A stretch of 64,000 nt of DNA from Paramoeba atlantica. Its lineage: Eukaryota > Protista > Discosea. Below the pieces are notes generated by a model that saw only the letters and a list, made by a program, of their open reading frames with translations, did no database searches and had not been told where the DNA came from. The position numbers and the translations under genes are program-made. Where the stretch lies: contig CDRNVI010000002.1 of assembly GCA_977017575.1 (NCBI GenBank), positions 62,001-126,000 on the forward strand, given 5' to 3'. This document shows positions 29,973 to 40,435 of this stretch, in pieces. The first letter of the stretch is position 1. Each line of letters begins with the position of its first letter.

Positions 29973-31298
29973 CTATTTTACTGAAGACCATATCTTTCTA
30001 ACAGCAGCATCGTAGTCTTTCCGAAATTCATCCTGACTGACAAACGTATCAATCAAATTCAATCTGTCTCGCAACCCAGAGTTTAAATCTTGCAAAACTT
30101 TGCACATGGGCCGCATTGAGATTTCAATTTGATCCTCGCTATCCATCTCAACCCGTAAATCATTGAACAGTCGGTTTTCGAATCCAGGCAGGGAGGCACA
30201 TCCCCCGGTGACCACTATATTCCGAAGAAATGCATGCCGAAGGGGACGCGGTATCACGCTCAAACAAGACACCACGGCTTCCGAAACCCCACCTTGGGCC
30301 ACCCCAGCATCCCCAGGGTGAAACAAAATTTCCGGAACCGTAAACCTTGACTCTTGAAGCACCACGCACTGTATCTCCCCCCTTCTCTTCCTGCTCGGAA
30401 GCGCCTCTAAAACACCCCCTTTTCCACCCTTCCCCATCTGCGCCCCGGGTAACGCATACGCCCGAGCTCGATACCACTCCCCATCCTTCCCCTCCCCCTC
30501 TTCCTCCTCCCCTCCCCCTCCCCCTCCCCCCCTCCTCACACACGCCCCCCGGCTCGGTGCCACCCCACACAGCGCCTTTTTCATCTCCTCGATCACCCCC
30601 TCCCCACCTCCCCTTCCCACGGTATCTATCCCACACCTCCGAGCAACACTCCCCTTCAGCTGCTCTGTCACCCCCGCCCCCCCGACCTCCACCACACGGG
30701 CGGCCCCCCACAGCGGCTCCCTGTTGACGTAGGGGACCACGTAGGACCGGGCGTGTCCGGTGTCGAGCACCAGAGACACCGGGGAGGGGTGGGTGAGGGC
30801 ACAGAGGTAGGGGGGGGTGACGAAGGCCATGGAGGTGAGGCCAGGGAAGACGGGGGAGAGGGGGAGGAGGGCCTGAGTGTAGGCCACACGTAAGGGTGGG
30901 GGAAGCAGTGGGGGGACGGTGAGGAGGAGACGGGAGGGGGAGGGGGTAGAAGGGGTAGAGGGGGAAGGGGTAGAGGGGGAAGGGGTAGAAGGGGAGGGGG
31001 TAGAAGGGGAGGGGGTAGAAGGGGAAGGGGTAGGTGAAGGGGTAGAAGGGGAAGGGGTAGGTGAAGGGTTGGGGGGTGGGAGCAGTCGGGGTTGGAGTTG
31101 GGCGACCCAGAGGGAACGTTGGCGTTGGGGATCGGAGAGGTAGCCGAGGGTGTGGTGGGGGGGTGGGGTTCGGTGAGGCGGGGCTGTCCCGGTTGAGGGA
31201 GGTGGGGGGGTGTGGTTGGGGATTTGGAGGACGGGGGTGTTGGGCTGGGAGGTGTTGATGGCTTTGATGAGGGAGGAGCCGTTGTCGAGGATTAGCAT
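29973..31298 (-). CDS. ARP6: Actin-related protein 6 (SWR1 complex)
   Basis: MLILDNGSSLIKA, LVLDTGHARSYVVPY, VEVGG..VT..LK, ESRFTVPEILFHP.D.G..Q.G and NIVVTGG....PGF..RL. True ATG at 31298. Confidence 0.85.
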   Translation of the reverse strand: MLILDNGSSLIKAINTSQPNTPVLQIPNHTPPPPSTGTAPPHRTPPPHHTLGYLSDPQRQRSLWVAQLQPRLLPPPNPSPTPSPSTPSPTPSPSTPSPSTPSPSTPSPSTPSPSTPSTPSPSRLLLTVPPLLPPPLRVAYTQALLPLSPVFPGLTSMAFVTPPYLCALTHPSPVSLVLDTGHARSYVVPYVNREPLWGAARVVEVGGAGVTEQLKGSVARRCGIDTVGRGGGEGVIEEMKKALCGVAPSRGACVRRGGGGGGGEEEEGEGKDGEWYRARAYALPGAQMGKGGKGGVLEALPSRKRRGEIQCVVLQESRFTVPEILFHPGDAGVAQGGVSEAVVSCLSVIPRPLRHAFLRNIVVTGGCASLPGFENRLFNDLRVEMDSEDQIEISMRPMCKVLQDLNSGLRDRLNLIDTFVSQDEFRKDYDAAVRKIWSSVK

Positions 31299-31330
31299 GG
31301 GGGGAGGGGGGTGGGGGAGGGGGAGGGTGA
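30290..31330. other. GC-rich island with central C-to-G skew switch (about 30740)
   Basis: 30481-30540 has 43 C and 0 G; 30961-31020 has 39 G and 0 C. Confidence 0.85.
30932..31068. repeat. 15-bp coding minisatellite (about 8 units) encoding (PSPST)n in ARP6; G4-forming on the + strand
   Basis: Units such as gaaggggtagagggg and gaaggggtagaaggg. Confidence 0.85.
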
Positions 31331-31617
31331 CATTGTGTGGGAAGAAAGTGTTGTAGTGGAACAAATATCTGTATGTTTTTTTTAGTAGTAAACTTTCTGG
31401 GCAACTATCAATGTGTCCGTTGCTGTTGCCAATCTTGCCGAAAATAATAAAAAAACCGAACTCCAAATTCATACGGACGTTAAAATGTATACGTATCACT
31501 CGAAAACTTGTGAAGCTGAACTAAAATCAAATTTACTAGAAAAAGGAAGTGAGTCTGTACATTGTCTCTACACTTTGATTCAACGACATTCACTACAAGA
31601 TAACTATTTTGTATTGA

Positions 31618-32436
31618 CTATCGTTTACGAGATTTCTTGGCACGCGAATTCGCCTCAGTGAGATCAGTGTACTTGCCTTCCAAAGCGCTGAGAAATTCCT
31701 CTAATTTGTTGTCATTGCCTCGAACTGCGAGCTGTAAATCTGAAAGAGTGCCACGACGTCCTCGCGTCGAGCCTTTTAAGTGAGCTTTCCCTTTTGAAAG
31801 GGCTGCAGCCTCTGCTTCAGCTTCTTCACGCTCGCGTACAAAGTTTTCTTCAAGATTTTTGACCTTTTTATCGGTCGAGGTTTCCGTAAACTTTTTTGTG
31901 CTCTTGAGCTTCCCATCTCGTATCAACTTTCGAATAATGTCACGAATGCGACAGACATGACCGCTAGATTCATTCGGAAACATACAAAACCCTATGATCA
32001 TAGCCTCGAAATCCCCTTTCGTTTTGCGATAATGAGCTATGATATCGTTCTTCTCCTCCTCGGAGCCTGTATAAGATTCGTAGAAATCGTCCACCTCTTG
32101 TTGCCCAACTTCGTGGTACATCGTGCGAAATAACTCCGTCCAGTCTTCTTGACGTGTAGTGTTGGCACGTGTGGTATCCTCAGGGCTTATGGTGCCGTCT
32201 TTGTTGTACCTTTTCCGGGACGCCGGTGACCGCAGCACGTTGTAAGCGGCACTAATGCGATGAAATAAACTCGACGCCTCCTCACTGGGATCCTTGTCGG
32301 GGTGGCACTCTAATGCGCGGCGGCGATACGCACGGGTGATATCTTCCTCTGTAAGTTTCTTGTTCTCTTTTGTCCCTCGGGCAGGGAGACCAAGTAACGA
32401 GTACAGACAAGCAACACCCTGAAGAAGGCTTTCCAT
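31618..32436 (-). CDS. DNAJC9: J-domain protein DNAJC9 (histone co-chaperone)
   Basis: J-domain with HPD, followed by W.ELFR...IDDF...Y.GS.EEK.DII..Y...KGD and a C-terminal F...LE.KY. Confidence 0.85.
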   Translation of the reverse strand: MESLLQGVACLYSLLGLPARGTKENKKLTEEDITRAYRRRALECHPDKDPSEEASSLFHRISAAYNVLRSPASRKRYNKDGTISPEDTTRANTTRQEDWTELFRTMYHEVGQQEVDDFYESYTGSEEEKNDIIAHYRKTKGDFEAMIIGFCMFPNESSGHVCRIRDIIRKLIRDGKLKSTKKFTETSTDKKVKNLEENFVREREEAEAEAAALSKGKAHLKGSTRGRRGTLSDLQLAVRGNDNKLEEFLSALEGKYTDLTEANSRAKKSRKR

Positions 32437-32609
32437 AGGAATATGGAGGGAGTATGTATGGCTTTAAAGATGTTTCTATGTTTTATGATGTTCAATATAA
32501 GGTTCAAATTCAAAATGAAATTCCAAAATAATCAAAATAATGAAAGCCCATAAAGCTTCATAAGAAACTACAGCAATGAAAGATGCAGAACGTTAATTTT
32601 TGAACTTGC

Positions 32610-33329
32610 CTAGGCAGTGTATTTGCTCTTCCTTCGAAATCCACCATGGCCTTTCCCTGGCACCTTCCCATCGGTATATGCGCCCATGGTCTCGTCTAGC
32701 TGGTCACGAGAGATCGCATTGATATCTTTGTCACCGTGATGTTCGAAACGAGCAGCCATCATTACACGTACTTTCTTCTGGAATGGTGTATTACCAATGG
32801 CTGCGACCTTCGTGCGTCGCATTTTCATCCGTTTCTTGTAGTGCATTTTCTTAATTCGAAGGCGTCCTTGTTTGATTTTGTACCCAGTCCTACGCGTGCT
32901 GTTGCGAGGAACTGTTGTCATTTGTCCAAACCATTTCCTACTCCATCGACCGCTGTAGTCCCGGCAGCCATCCGAAGGTTGGGTGGATTTGTCATCCTCG
33001 CCCAAAACATCCGTACGAATAATGGGTAGCGCTGAAACCTGCGACCGACCTGTATTTTTCAAGTTTGTGTGAGCGTAGGGCCGGTAGTTTGTTTTCATGG
33101 GAGTGCTCGGTGAGTGCCGCAGCCATGCTGGAGATATTGTTGAGTTTTTTCTTGAAATCGTCTCTGAAATGATTGACCGCGGAGAAGGCAATGCTGTTCC
33201 TATAATCCCTATTGCAGCAATGTCAAGATTTGGAACGGAAGCTGTTATGAGTGTATTTTTGGTGAGAGGTATCTGTACTACATGTAAACTTTTACGTTCG
33301 ATCTTCGTCAGCACGGTACGTGGTAACAT
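32610..33329 (-). CDS. Basic mitochondrial protein, possibly mitoribosomal mS38 (Cox24_C-like)
   Basis: Presequence-like start MLPRTVLTK at 33329. IKQGRLRIKKMHYKKRMK resembles the mS38 basic helix. Confidence 0.45.
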   Translation of the reverse strand: MLPRTVLTKIERKSLHVVQIPLTKNTLITASVPNLDIAAIGIIGTALPSPRSIISETISRKNSTISPAWLRHSPSTPMKTNYRPYAHTNLKNTGRSQVSALPIIRTDVLGEDDKSTQPSDGCRDYSGRWSRKWFGQMTTVPRNSTRRTGYKIKQGRLRIKKMHYKKRMKMRRTKVAAIGNTPFQKKVRVMMAARFEHHGDKDINAISRDQLDETMGAYTDGKVPGKGHGGFRRKSKYTA

Positions 33330-33848
33330 AGTGAATAGAAACTTCACAAAATAATGAAAAAATAGGAGAGATACGAAAAGAATTACCATTAAGAATGAAT
33401 GTATTCGAATAATGATAATGGTGAAAGCACGTAATTTCTGTAACAATAGTAAGATGCACAATAGTAAGATGTATGAATGTACATCTGTATAAACACTAAG
33501 TATTTTGATAGTTGAATCATGCTTCAACAGACTCCTATAAAAACTTTAAGAATCGCTTCTAAAAAATGTTTTGAATGCGGTCATGACTGTACTACTGGAC
33601 TGTTCCTTTTACGTGCTTTACGTTTTCTAATCTCAAAGTAATCAAATACTACGTATCAAATATTCATTTAAGTGTTATTTCGCTTCAGAGAAATGAAACG
33701 TGTTTATTTCGCATCATAACGTTTCCTTATCGCATCATGGGCAGCGCAACTCTTTGTAAGTTGTAACCGGAAAGAGCAAAATCTTAGCATCAATGTACAC
33801 AACATTTCTGTATACTCATCCACTAGTTAGTTCAAAACGGCAAAAGCA

Positions 33849-36800
33849 TTAGTACATAGTCGCACTACCGGGAGCAGGATACAACTGTCCGATATTTTGA
33901 TGATAACCTGCCGCAAGGCTATCACCAGATGCATTAGAAGTAATCAGCGGTGGTGTGACTGACGATAACGCTGTCGGTGTACCTGTTGTTTTCTTTTGCT
34001 CAGCTAATTGAGCCTCTAACTGTCGCATTCGTGAACCATATTCGTGTAGACAAGTAATCATATATGGCATAACAAAGTCCTGCATATTGCTACGCCAAGC
34101 GAGCTCGAGAGCAACGTCGGGCTCCACCCATTCATAACAAGTTGCGAGACATGCACTAAAACAATCCGGAAGATCTTCGCACACAACCCATCGAAGAAGA
34201 TCTTCTACAAGCGTCTTGTCTGCACTCTCAGCGGCTGTTTCCATCGCGTCGGAGTGAAGTCTGTCCTTTTTTTGCACATCGATCGCATGTCGGAATCTAC
34301 CTGTGCGACGAAACAGTATAGCAGCGGTTCGTCGAAAACTCACGTGAGGATGATTTTCCAAGCGGTGACCTAGTCGTAGTATGTCGAAGTTAGTGTGCTT
34401 CGCCACTGCATCACACAAACTCTGAGGATCCTCTTCCTCTATCCACATGTCTTGTAGCGCTTCGTTTACCTTTTGTATGTTTCGGGACTGAACGGACAGA
34501 AGGAATGGTTTAATGAGGGGAAGGTGACCCAGTCTTGTGACTTCGTTCACAACTCGTTCCGTATCAAGTCGCGAACCGATACTCAAAAGCAATTCATTCA
34601 CCAAGTCTGGATGATACCGGATGTAGAAGATAACGGCTTCGTACAAGACAGCTGTAGAGTCTACTTTGTTCAATAGTTCTGTAAAGCCAATATGTTCCCA
34701 TGCTACAGCACTGTGTTCTAGGACCACAGAGGCGGCACCTTCGAAATCATTGTTGCATTGGTACAGAGCGCACATTTCTACCCACAACTGATATTTTTTG
34801 CACGAAGCCACTACTTTGTGCATATTCATTCGTTTGTTGTACAGCCTAATGTGCTCAATAAGATTCTCCGGACTGTACTTGGCGTACAGTACAGCAAGCT
34901 CGGTGAAGATCCCAATGTGGGCTACGGAACTTGTAGCCGCTGCTTGGAGCAAATGAATGACGTCTTGGTAATACCCGTGAGTTTCGTAGTACGCAATTAA
35001 ACCCTCTAGTTCATCTGCGTGTTGTACCATAGCAAGGGCACATACCTTCGCTAGCTGCAATTCTGAGTTTTCTATACATGCTCGATTTACTTTCTTCCAC
35101 ACCTCCACGTTATTAGCTCTCTGAGCAGCCTCGACAGCGGCGGCAAAGTTTTGTAAGTGGCACAAAGTCGAAGCGAGACGCGGGAAGTGAGAACACGCTT
35201 GATACAATATACGCGCTGCGTCGAACATTTCCTCTGTATAGCACTTGTCAGCCACGTGCACTAGATTAGCTTTATGTGCGGAGCTTACAAATTCTTCCAA
35301 TTCCATCATATTCCCCACACGGGCTAAGGCATACGCAAGCTCGGTGTCAATCTTCGCATCGCCGTGTTTGCTCTCAGATCGAGCCATGTGGAGGTACTTT
35401 ACCAAATCTTCATGTTTATTCTGTCTGCTCGCTACTTCCGCCACTTCTTGAGCAAAATGAGGATCTTTTGCGCGTATGAACGATTGGACTGCTTCAGTGA
35501 TATCCCCTTTCTTCAGCCACGCAGCTCCCACTAGAGTCCATACCTCAGTCCGATCACACCATTCCGCAAACTCAACGGCTCGCGTTAAACTGTTCATGTC
35601 GTGCAGCAATACTTCTACTGCCTCATCGTACAATTGAAATTTTTTGTATGCAGTAAAGGCAACATCAAACAAACCTGCCTGCTTAGCTGCAGCTGCAATT
35701 TCCTGGACATCATAATTTTCCAAACGTGTGGCGTAGTCCATGGCTTTGTCTTGGGCTGCTTTTATTGCGGTAATCATGAGCAAATTCTGTAGGTACTTGT
35801 TTGCTCGAAATTCCTTGGACCCATGTAGTACAATTTTTTCTAAGAGGGCCGCGAGCTCCTCCGGAAGATCGGCCTGGATAAAAGCTTTCACTGCCGTACT
35901 GATTTCTTCGGGGGAGTTTGTTTCCGGAAACGCCGTTTGAACTACAGCATCTACTAGGTATTTTCGGTTAATTTCTTCGATTAGGGCCACTTTCCAGAGA
36001 TCAGAATCTTTTTTCTGAACCAAATGGCGAGCCAGTTGCTTGAACATTCCGTGTGACCGGCAAAGCCGTATCAAGTCCTTGTCTGAATTAGCGCGTCGAT
36101 ATGCTATTAATGCCAATGCAGGATCTCGGTTTTCACTATACTTACCTATAAGTCTAGCGTCGTAATGCTCGTTGTTCTCTAAAAAGTCCAAGGCCTTGCC
36201 TTGATCGATGTACAACTTAGCTAGAGCGGTGTGTATGACAGACTCAGAGCTTTTCTCTTGAACTCTATCCTCCAGCCATGATTGCAACAGTCCAAGCCGA
36301 TGCCGTTGTTCAACCTCTGCGATAAGAGCTTCACTGGGACACAATGATCCGACAGAAGTTAACAGTGAGCGAATGTAGTCCTCAGAGCAATTGCAGTCCA
36401 TAAGTGCTCCAATGATAAATGGTGTCTTGATTGGATGTTTCTTTTGCACAAACTCCTCCAAATACTGCATATTTCCCGTTTCGTATAAATACTTCACCAT
36501 GGCGTCGTAAAGTTCGTGTTTTTCGCATACATTTATTAGAGGCCATAAATCTTGCAGTTTCTGATCCATTAAGAAATTTTTAGTTCGTTCAGCGTCATAA
36601 AAGTTGCTTTCTCTTGTCATACGTTCAACTTCCTTGAGATTCCCTAGATGATAAGAGGCTTCCAGATAACGGAAATGCACATCTGGGTCAGAAGAACCCT
36701 GCAAGATCGAGCCCAAGAAATAACTTAAGGCTTCGAAGTTGCGATGCTTCAAAAACAAATTAATGAGAGGCTCAGTTCCCAAAAGAGTGTGATACTTTGC

Positions 36801-38891
36801 TGCAAGCTGTACACAGATTTTAGCATTTTGCTCCGAATTTACTTCCATAAGTTCCTTAATAAATTCCATTCCATCGACTTCATTTAAGGTACCGAAGAAT
36901 TCTACATACCAGTCGGGTCCGTAGCCTTTCAAATGTGGTATGCAACGCTTTATTTCGTTCATAAATGACACCGCGTGATCTGATTTTGCTTCAGCACGGC
37001 CGTAGTGCTCTACTGCTCGAGAGTACATTTGTGCTTTTTCGCAGAGCGCTGCGATTGCGTAGTCGTCGTAGTGTGATAAAACACCCTGTGAAAAAATTTG
37101 CTCAGCAACCTGGGGAGGCGAATGCTTGATGTTAATTTCTAGCAATTTTGTCTGCAAGGTTCGGTCTTCTTCCCGGTCTCCTTTCAGTATATCTAGTAGG
37201 TAAAGGGTTAGCTGCTTAACAGACTGATTGCGAAGAAAATGCTCCACGACATCGCTCGGATTCACATTGCCATGGTTGGGCAAATTATGCACCATTACTC
37301 CCATAGTTACGGCTACATCCGGGTCGGTTTCTATACAGCCCTTCAAGATTGATCCCCACTCGGGAACGTAGTTCACTTTTTCACAATACGCGGAAACTTT
37401 TGATAGATCACCCATGGCCACTAGAGTTTGCAATACCTTCGAAGGGCATTCACAACGATGATAAATTTTCAAGGCGGTCTCACGATCATGAGTGGAAATA
37501 ACATCTCCCAATTCTTCGGATTCGGTTATCTTTTTCTCCTCCATGAAATTCTTGAAAACTTGCAATCCTCCACGAGGCAGCACTGTCATTGCGAATGCGA
37601 CAGACTCTACTTGCGTCAGACCACCATGAGCAATCATAGCTTTGTAGTACGTAGACACTGGAGGGGGTTGCAAGTTCGGATGCTGTTGCCCTGCTTGAGT
37701 GAATATTTGTATCATCTCCTGCGTGCGTAATGCTTTGTTGGGGGCCTTGATAACGGTATCAATGGCACCTTCTACATCCAAGGTTTGTAGTTGACCGCGC
37801 ACCTTGTTCTCTAGCATCTGTGTCGCACCAGGGAGACCTGCACTGACAGCGACGCGCAAGGCAAGATCTGTATTTCCGACCTGCGCCTGCAAGTGAGTCA
37901 CAAGAGCGCGCTCGTCGATGTTGACCCGGTAAATAGTACCTCCTGAGTTGACAAGAACAAGCTCGTCCGATTCATTAAACGTGCATTTAAAAACAGTCTG
38001 ATTCGACACTTGCTCAGAAAATACTGGCGCTCCGCTGTAGACATCAAAGGCGTGAAATGTTCCATCACGAGATACTACAAAGATAAGACCCATTCGCGTT
38101 GAAAGGTGAGTCACAATAGGAAAATCCTGTGTAGAAGCGAACGACACCGGCACCACTTTCCTTTCAAATGTCGTCGCTTGCTTCTCTGCGGTTGGTACTT
38201 CCATGATCAACAACCGCCCTCCTTGTCCACTATTAGAGGCCACACAAAGAATGTTACTCACCACACCATCCTGTGCGGTAAGCTTGCGAAAGCTCGCCTG
38301 ATGCCCCTCAATGACTTTCGAGGCCTGTTTCTCCACACTGTACAGCTGTGCCTTCCCGCACAGCTGGCCCTCCGCGTCCCTCACAACCGCTAGTAGCGCG
38401 TGCCATTTCATCCCATCATCCACAGCATAGGACAGAATCGCACAATCCGCGATTTCCTGCGCCCGGTCAAACACCTTAGCCAGGGGCTGTGACTCGTTGG
38501 CTGTGTCCCAGTGGTACACTGCGCTTGTTGTCACCACAACCATCGCTCGGGGACGAATCCAGCGCCAATACACAATGGGATCCGGGGCCGACACGGACTG
38601 GACTCGGGTTTTACTCTCCAGGTTGTACAACTGCATTTGCTGGGCTGTGCGTACGGCGAGAAGGTTTTCCTGGGGTTGGGAAGAGGAGCTGTCGGCTTCC
38701 TTAATCGGGAGTCGGGTGTCGGTGCGCGTGAGTAAGTCCACGAGAAGGACACACCCTTGCTCCGGGTCCATGACGACGGCCATCTCCGTGCCTCCAAGGT
38801 CGAGATTTTTGTATGTCAGCGCCCCAGAGGAGAGCCCACCGGTAACGTGGTGGAGATTGAAAAGTTCTCGGGTGGTGAGGAGCTTTTCCAT
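33849..38891 (-). CDS. CHC: Clathrin heavy chain
   Basis: Terminal propeller (VYWRW, LYSVEK..S..IEGH), CHCR repeats (HFRYLEA, FTEL..LY.KY) and W......MPY.I. True ATG at 38891 (MEKLLT). Confidence 0.97.
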   Translation of the reverse strand: MEKLLTTRELFNLHHVTGGLSSGALTYKNLDLGGTEMAVVMDPEQGCVLLVDLLTRTDTRLPIKEADSSSSQPQENLLAVRTAQQMQLYNLESKTRVQSVSAPDPIVYWRWIRPRAMVVVTTSAVYHWDTANESQPLAKVFDRAQEIADCAILSYAVDDGMKWHALLAVVRDAEGQLCGKAQLYSVEKQASKVIEGHQASFRKLTAQDGVVSNILCVASNSGQGGRLLIMEVPTAEKQATTFERKVVPVSFASTQDFPIVTHLSTRMGLIFVVSRDGTFHAFDVYSGAPVFSEQVSNQTVFKCTFNESDELVLVNSGGTIYRVNIDERALVTHLQAQVGNTDLALRVAVSAGLPGATQMLENKVRGQLQTLDVEGAIDTVIKAPNKALRTQEMIQIFTQAGQQHPNLQPPPVSTYYKAMIAHGGLTQVESVAFAMTVLPRGGLQVFKNFMEEKKITESEELGDVISTHDRETALKIYHRCECPSKVLQTLVAMGDLSKVSAYCEKVNYVPEWGSILKGCIETDPDVAVTMGVMVHNLPNHGNVNPSDVVEHFLRNQSVKQLTLYLLDILKGDREEDRTLQTKLLEINIKHSPPQVAEQIFSQGVLSHYDDYAIAALCEKAQMYSRAVEHYGRAEAKSDHAVSFMNEIKRCIPHLKGYGPDWYVEFFGTLNEVDGMEFIKELMEVNSEQNAKICVQLAAKYHTLLGTEPLINLFLKHRNFEALSYFLGSILQGSSDPDVHFRYLEASYHLGNLKEVERMTRESNFYDAERTKNFLMDQKLQDLWPLINVCEKHELYDAMVKYLYETGNMQYLEEFVQKKHPIKTPFIIGALMDCNCSEDYIRSLLTSVGSLCPSEALIAEVEQRHRLGLLQSWLEDRVQEKSSESVIHTALAKLYIDQGKALDFLENNEHYDARLIGKYSENRDPALALIAYRRANSDKDLIRLCRSHGMFKQLARHLVQKKDSDLWKVALIEEINRKYLVDAVVQTAFPETNSPEEISTAVKAFIQADLPEELAALLEKIVLHGSKEFRANKYLQNLLMITAIKAAQDKAMDYATRLENYDVQEIAAAAKQAGLFDVAFTAYKKFQLYDEAVEVLLHDMNSLTRAVEFAEWCDRTEVWTLVGAAWLKKGDITEAVQSFIRAKDPHFAQEVAEVASRQNKHEDLVKYLHMARSESKHGDAKIDTELAYALARVGNMMELEEFVSSAHKANLVHVADKCYTEEMFDAARILYQACSHFPRLASTLCHLQNFAAAVEAAQRANNVEVWKKVNRACIENSELQLAKVCALAMVQHADELEGLIAYYETHGYYQDVIHLLQAAATSSVAHIGIFTELAVLYAKYSPENLIEHIRLYNKRMNMHKVVASCKKYQLWVEMCALYQCNNDFEGAASVVLEHSAVAWEHIGFTELLNKVDSTAVLYEAVIFYIRYHPDLVNELLLSIGSRLDTERVVNEVTRLGHLPLIKPFLLSVQSRNIQKVNEALQDMWIEEEDPQSLCDAVAKHTNFDILRLGHRLENHPHVSFRRTAAILFRRTGRFRHAIDVQKKDRLHSDAMETAAESADKTLVEDLLRWVVCEDLPDCFSACLATCYEWVEPDVALELAWRSNMQDFVMPYMITCLHEYGSRMRQLEAQLAEQKKTTGTPTALSSVTPPLITSNASGDSLAAGYHQNIGQLYPAPGSATMY
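38140..38890. other. GC-rich island with central C-to-G skew switch (about 38570)
   Basis: 38341-38400 has 26 C and 14 G; 38641-38700 has 26 G and 11 C. The remainder of CHC has ordinary composition. Confidence 0.6.
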
Positions 38892-39180
38892 AGAGGAAAG
38901 GTAATGTAAAAAAGATGATCTATAGATGAGCTGCGGAATGAACAGTTTTTTAGCACTGGAACACACTATTGCCAAAGAACAATGGTATGTGCGATGTGAG
39001 AATGTATACAAGAGGTTCACGTCTAGAAGAAAGTTTTGGACAAACAGTACATCTCTCGACATACAGTATAGTACGAGGGTATGTACAGCTAATCTAGACT
39101 CCTTCGGAGAAGCATGACAAATTTGATTTCCGGGTATTTCACAGAAAATAAACGCATATGCGATTGTGCGCGAGATCATT

Positions 39181-40203
39181 CTATCCAATTCCTGTTTCTT
39201 GTACCACTTTTGTCTGATGGTTGGTCGTCGCCTGGACTGGCTCATAATAAACAACACCCCTTACATAGGGGACCGGTTCCGGTGGCTTGCCAACATTATC
39301 GGGTACTGACTTTGAATTGGAATTCGGAGATGAATTATATACATTTTTCGGGGGAATACTCGTTGAGGTAGCTAACACAGAAGATGCGTTCTCCCCTTGA
39401 ATTCTATTAAAGTCGGCCCTTCTTTTTTCCTGGGGGCTCAAGTGTTTATCATTTCTGTGCATCGATCGGCGTTCTCCCATTTCCCATTGTTGCCGTCGGC
39501 GTTTAGATTCAATATCTTCCAGATTTTGACGATATAACGCTCGTGCAGCTTCGATGCGTCGTATTCGCTCTCGCGCATCCACTGGGTCGTTCAAGTCCCA
39601 ACCCTTCCAATGATTCGCCTCCCTCCAACTTCTGTAGATTAAGGACAAGAGTGTTGTAATAAGAAGATATCCGACGAACGCCCGCCAAAATACGTCCCCT
39701 ATGCCGAAACGACGAAATGGCCTGCGTGAGAAGAATAAGTCTTGGATAGGCGAAAGACCACCAAACGGCTGGTAAGGTGAATGGTAATACGTGTTTGAAT
39801 GTTCTTTTGGATGTCGATCGCTATGTTCTGATGCAAAGCCCGAAGAACGATATCGTTCTCCATGATACCTTATGGACTGGGGTGAATCTGAACGACGGCT
39901 CTCAAACCCCGATGCGGAAGGCTTGGGTCGATACGGATCGGTCTTGCGAAAGTGAGCATGCCGAAACGAAGATTTTTCATGTTCCGTAAGCGATCGGAGT
40001 AACTCGTAGGCGGAAGTAATATTTTTCATTTTCTCCTGGTCGCCTCCAGTATCTGGATGATTTTGGCGTACCAAATCCAAGTATATTTTTTTCAAACGTT
40101 GAGCATCGTTAGACTGTTCTATAGTAACCCCTAATTGACGCAAGGCACGTGATATATCTTCCGCTGATATAGGAACGCACCAAAGATTGCAATAACGGAA
40201 CAT
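39181..40203 (-). CDS. J-domain membrane protein
   Basis: NHPDTGGDQEKMKNITSAYELL and one TM helix (AFVGYLLITTLLSLIY). ATG at 40203. Confidence 0.75.
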   Translation of the reverse strand: MFRYCNLWCVPISAEDISRALRQLGVTIEQSNDAQRLKKIYLDLVRQNHPDTGGDQEKMKNITSAYELLRSLTEHEKSSFRHAHFRKTDPYRPKPSASGFESRRSDSPQSIRYHGERYRSSGFASEHSDRHPKEHSNTYYHSPYQPFGGLSPIQDLFFSRRPFRRFGIGDVFWRAFVGYLLITTLLSLIYRSWREANHWKGWDLNDPVDARERIRRIEAARALYRQNLEDIESKRRRQQWEMGERRSMHRNDKHLSPQEKRRADFNRIQGENASSVLATSTSIPPKNVYNSSPNSNSKSVPDNVGKPPEPVPYVRGVVYYEPVQATTNHQTKVVQETGIG

Positions 40204-40435
40204 ACACGGCAATTAGGCTCACGAAGCACAATCAATAATCTCGTTCATGGATGTAATAATAGCAAAGAAAATAAAAAAAACACATTGAAGAAGTTGACCA
40301 TACAACATGACGTTGCATCCCCCTACAGAGCTAAATACTAAAATCTAGCGTCTCTGATTTATAATGTAAATCAGAGCCGAGTATTAGTATAATCTCCAAA
40401 TTGAGCATTAATGTCCGACATGATAAACACACTGG

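Noticed and set aside
30160-31404. Long alternative-frame and antisense ORFs in GC islands (also 47198-47782 +, 61247-61678 +, 6347-6685 +)
   Set aside because: Low-complexity shadow ORFs caused by stop-codon depletion in GC-rich DNA; they overlap recognisable genes.
29973-32436. Functional clustering (ARP6 next to DNAJC9; several mitochondrial genes together)
   Set aside because: Gene order in kinetoplastid polycistrons is not generally functional; no operon-like inference is justified.
38892-39257. N-terminal extensions in the ORF track (CHC; also ARP6 31299-31499, 33330-33527 and 27850-27945)
   Set aside because: Homology starts at downstream ATGs; the extensions translate AT-rich UTR or overlap the neighbouring gene.
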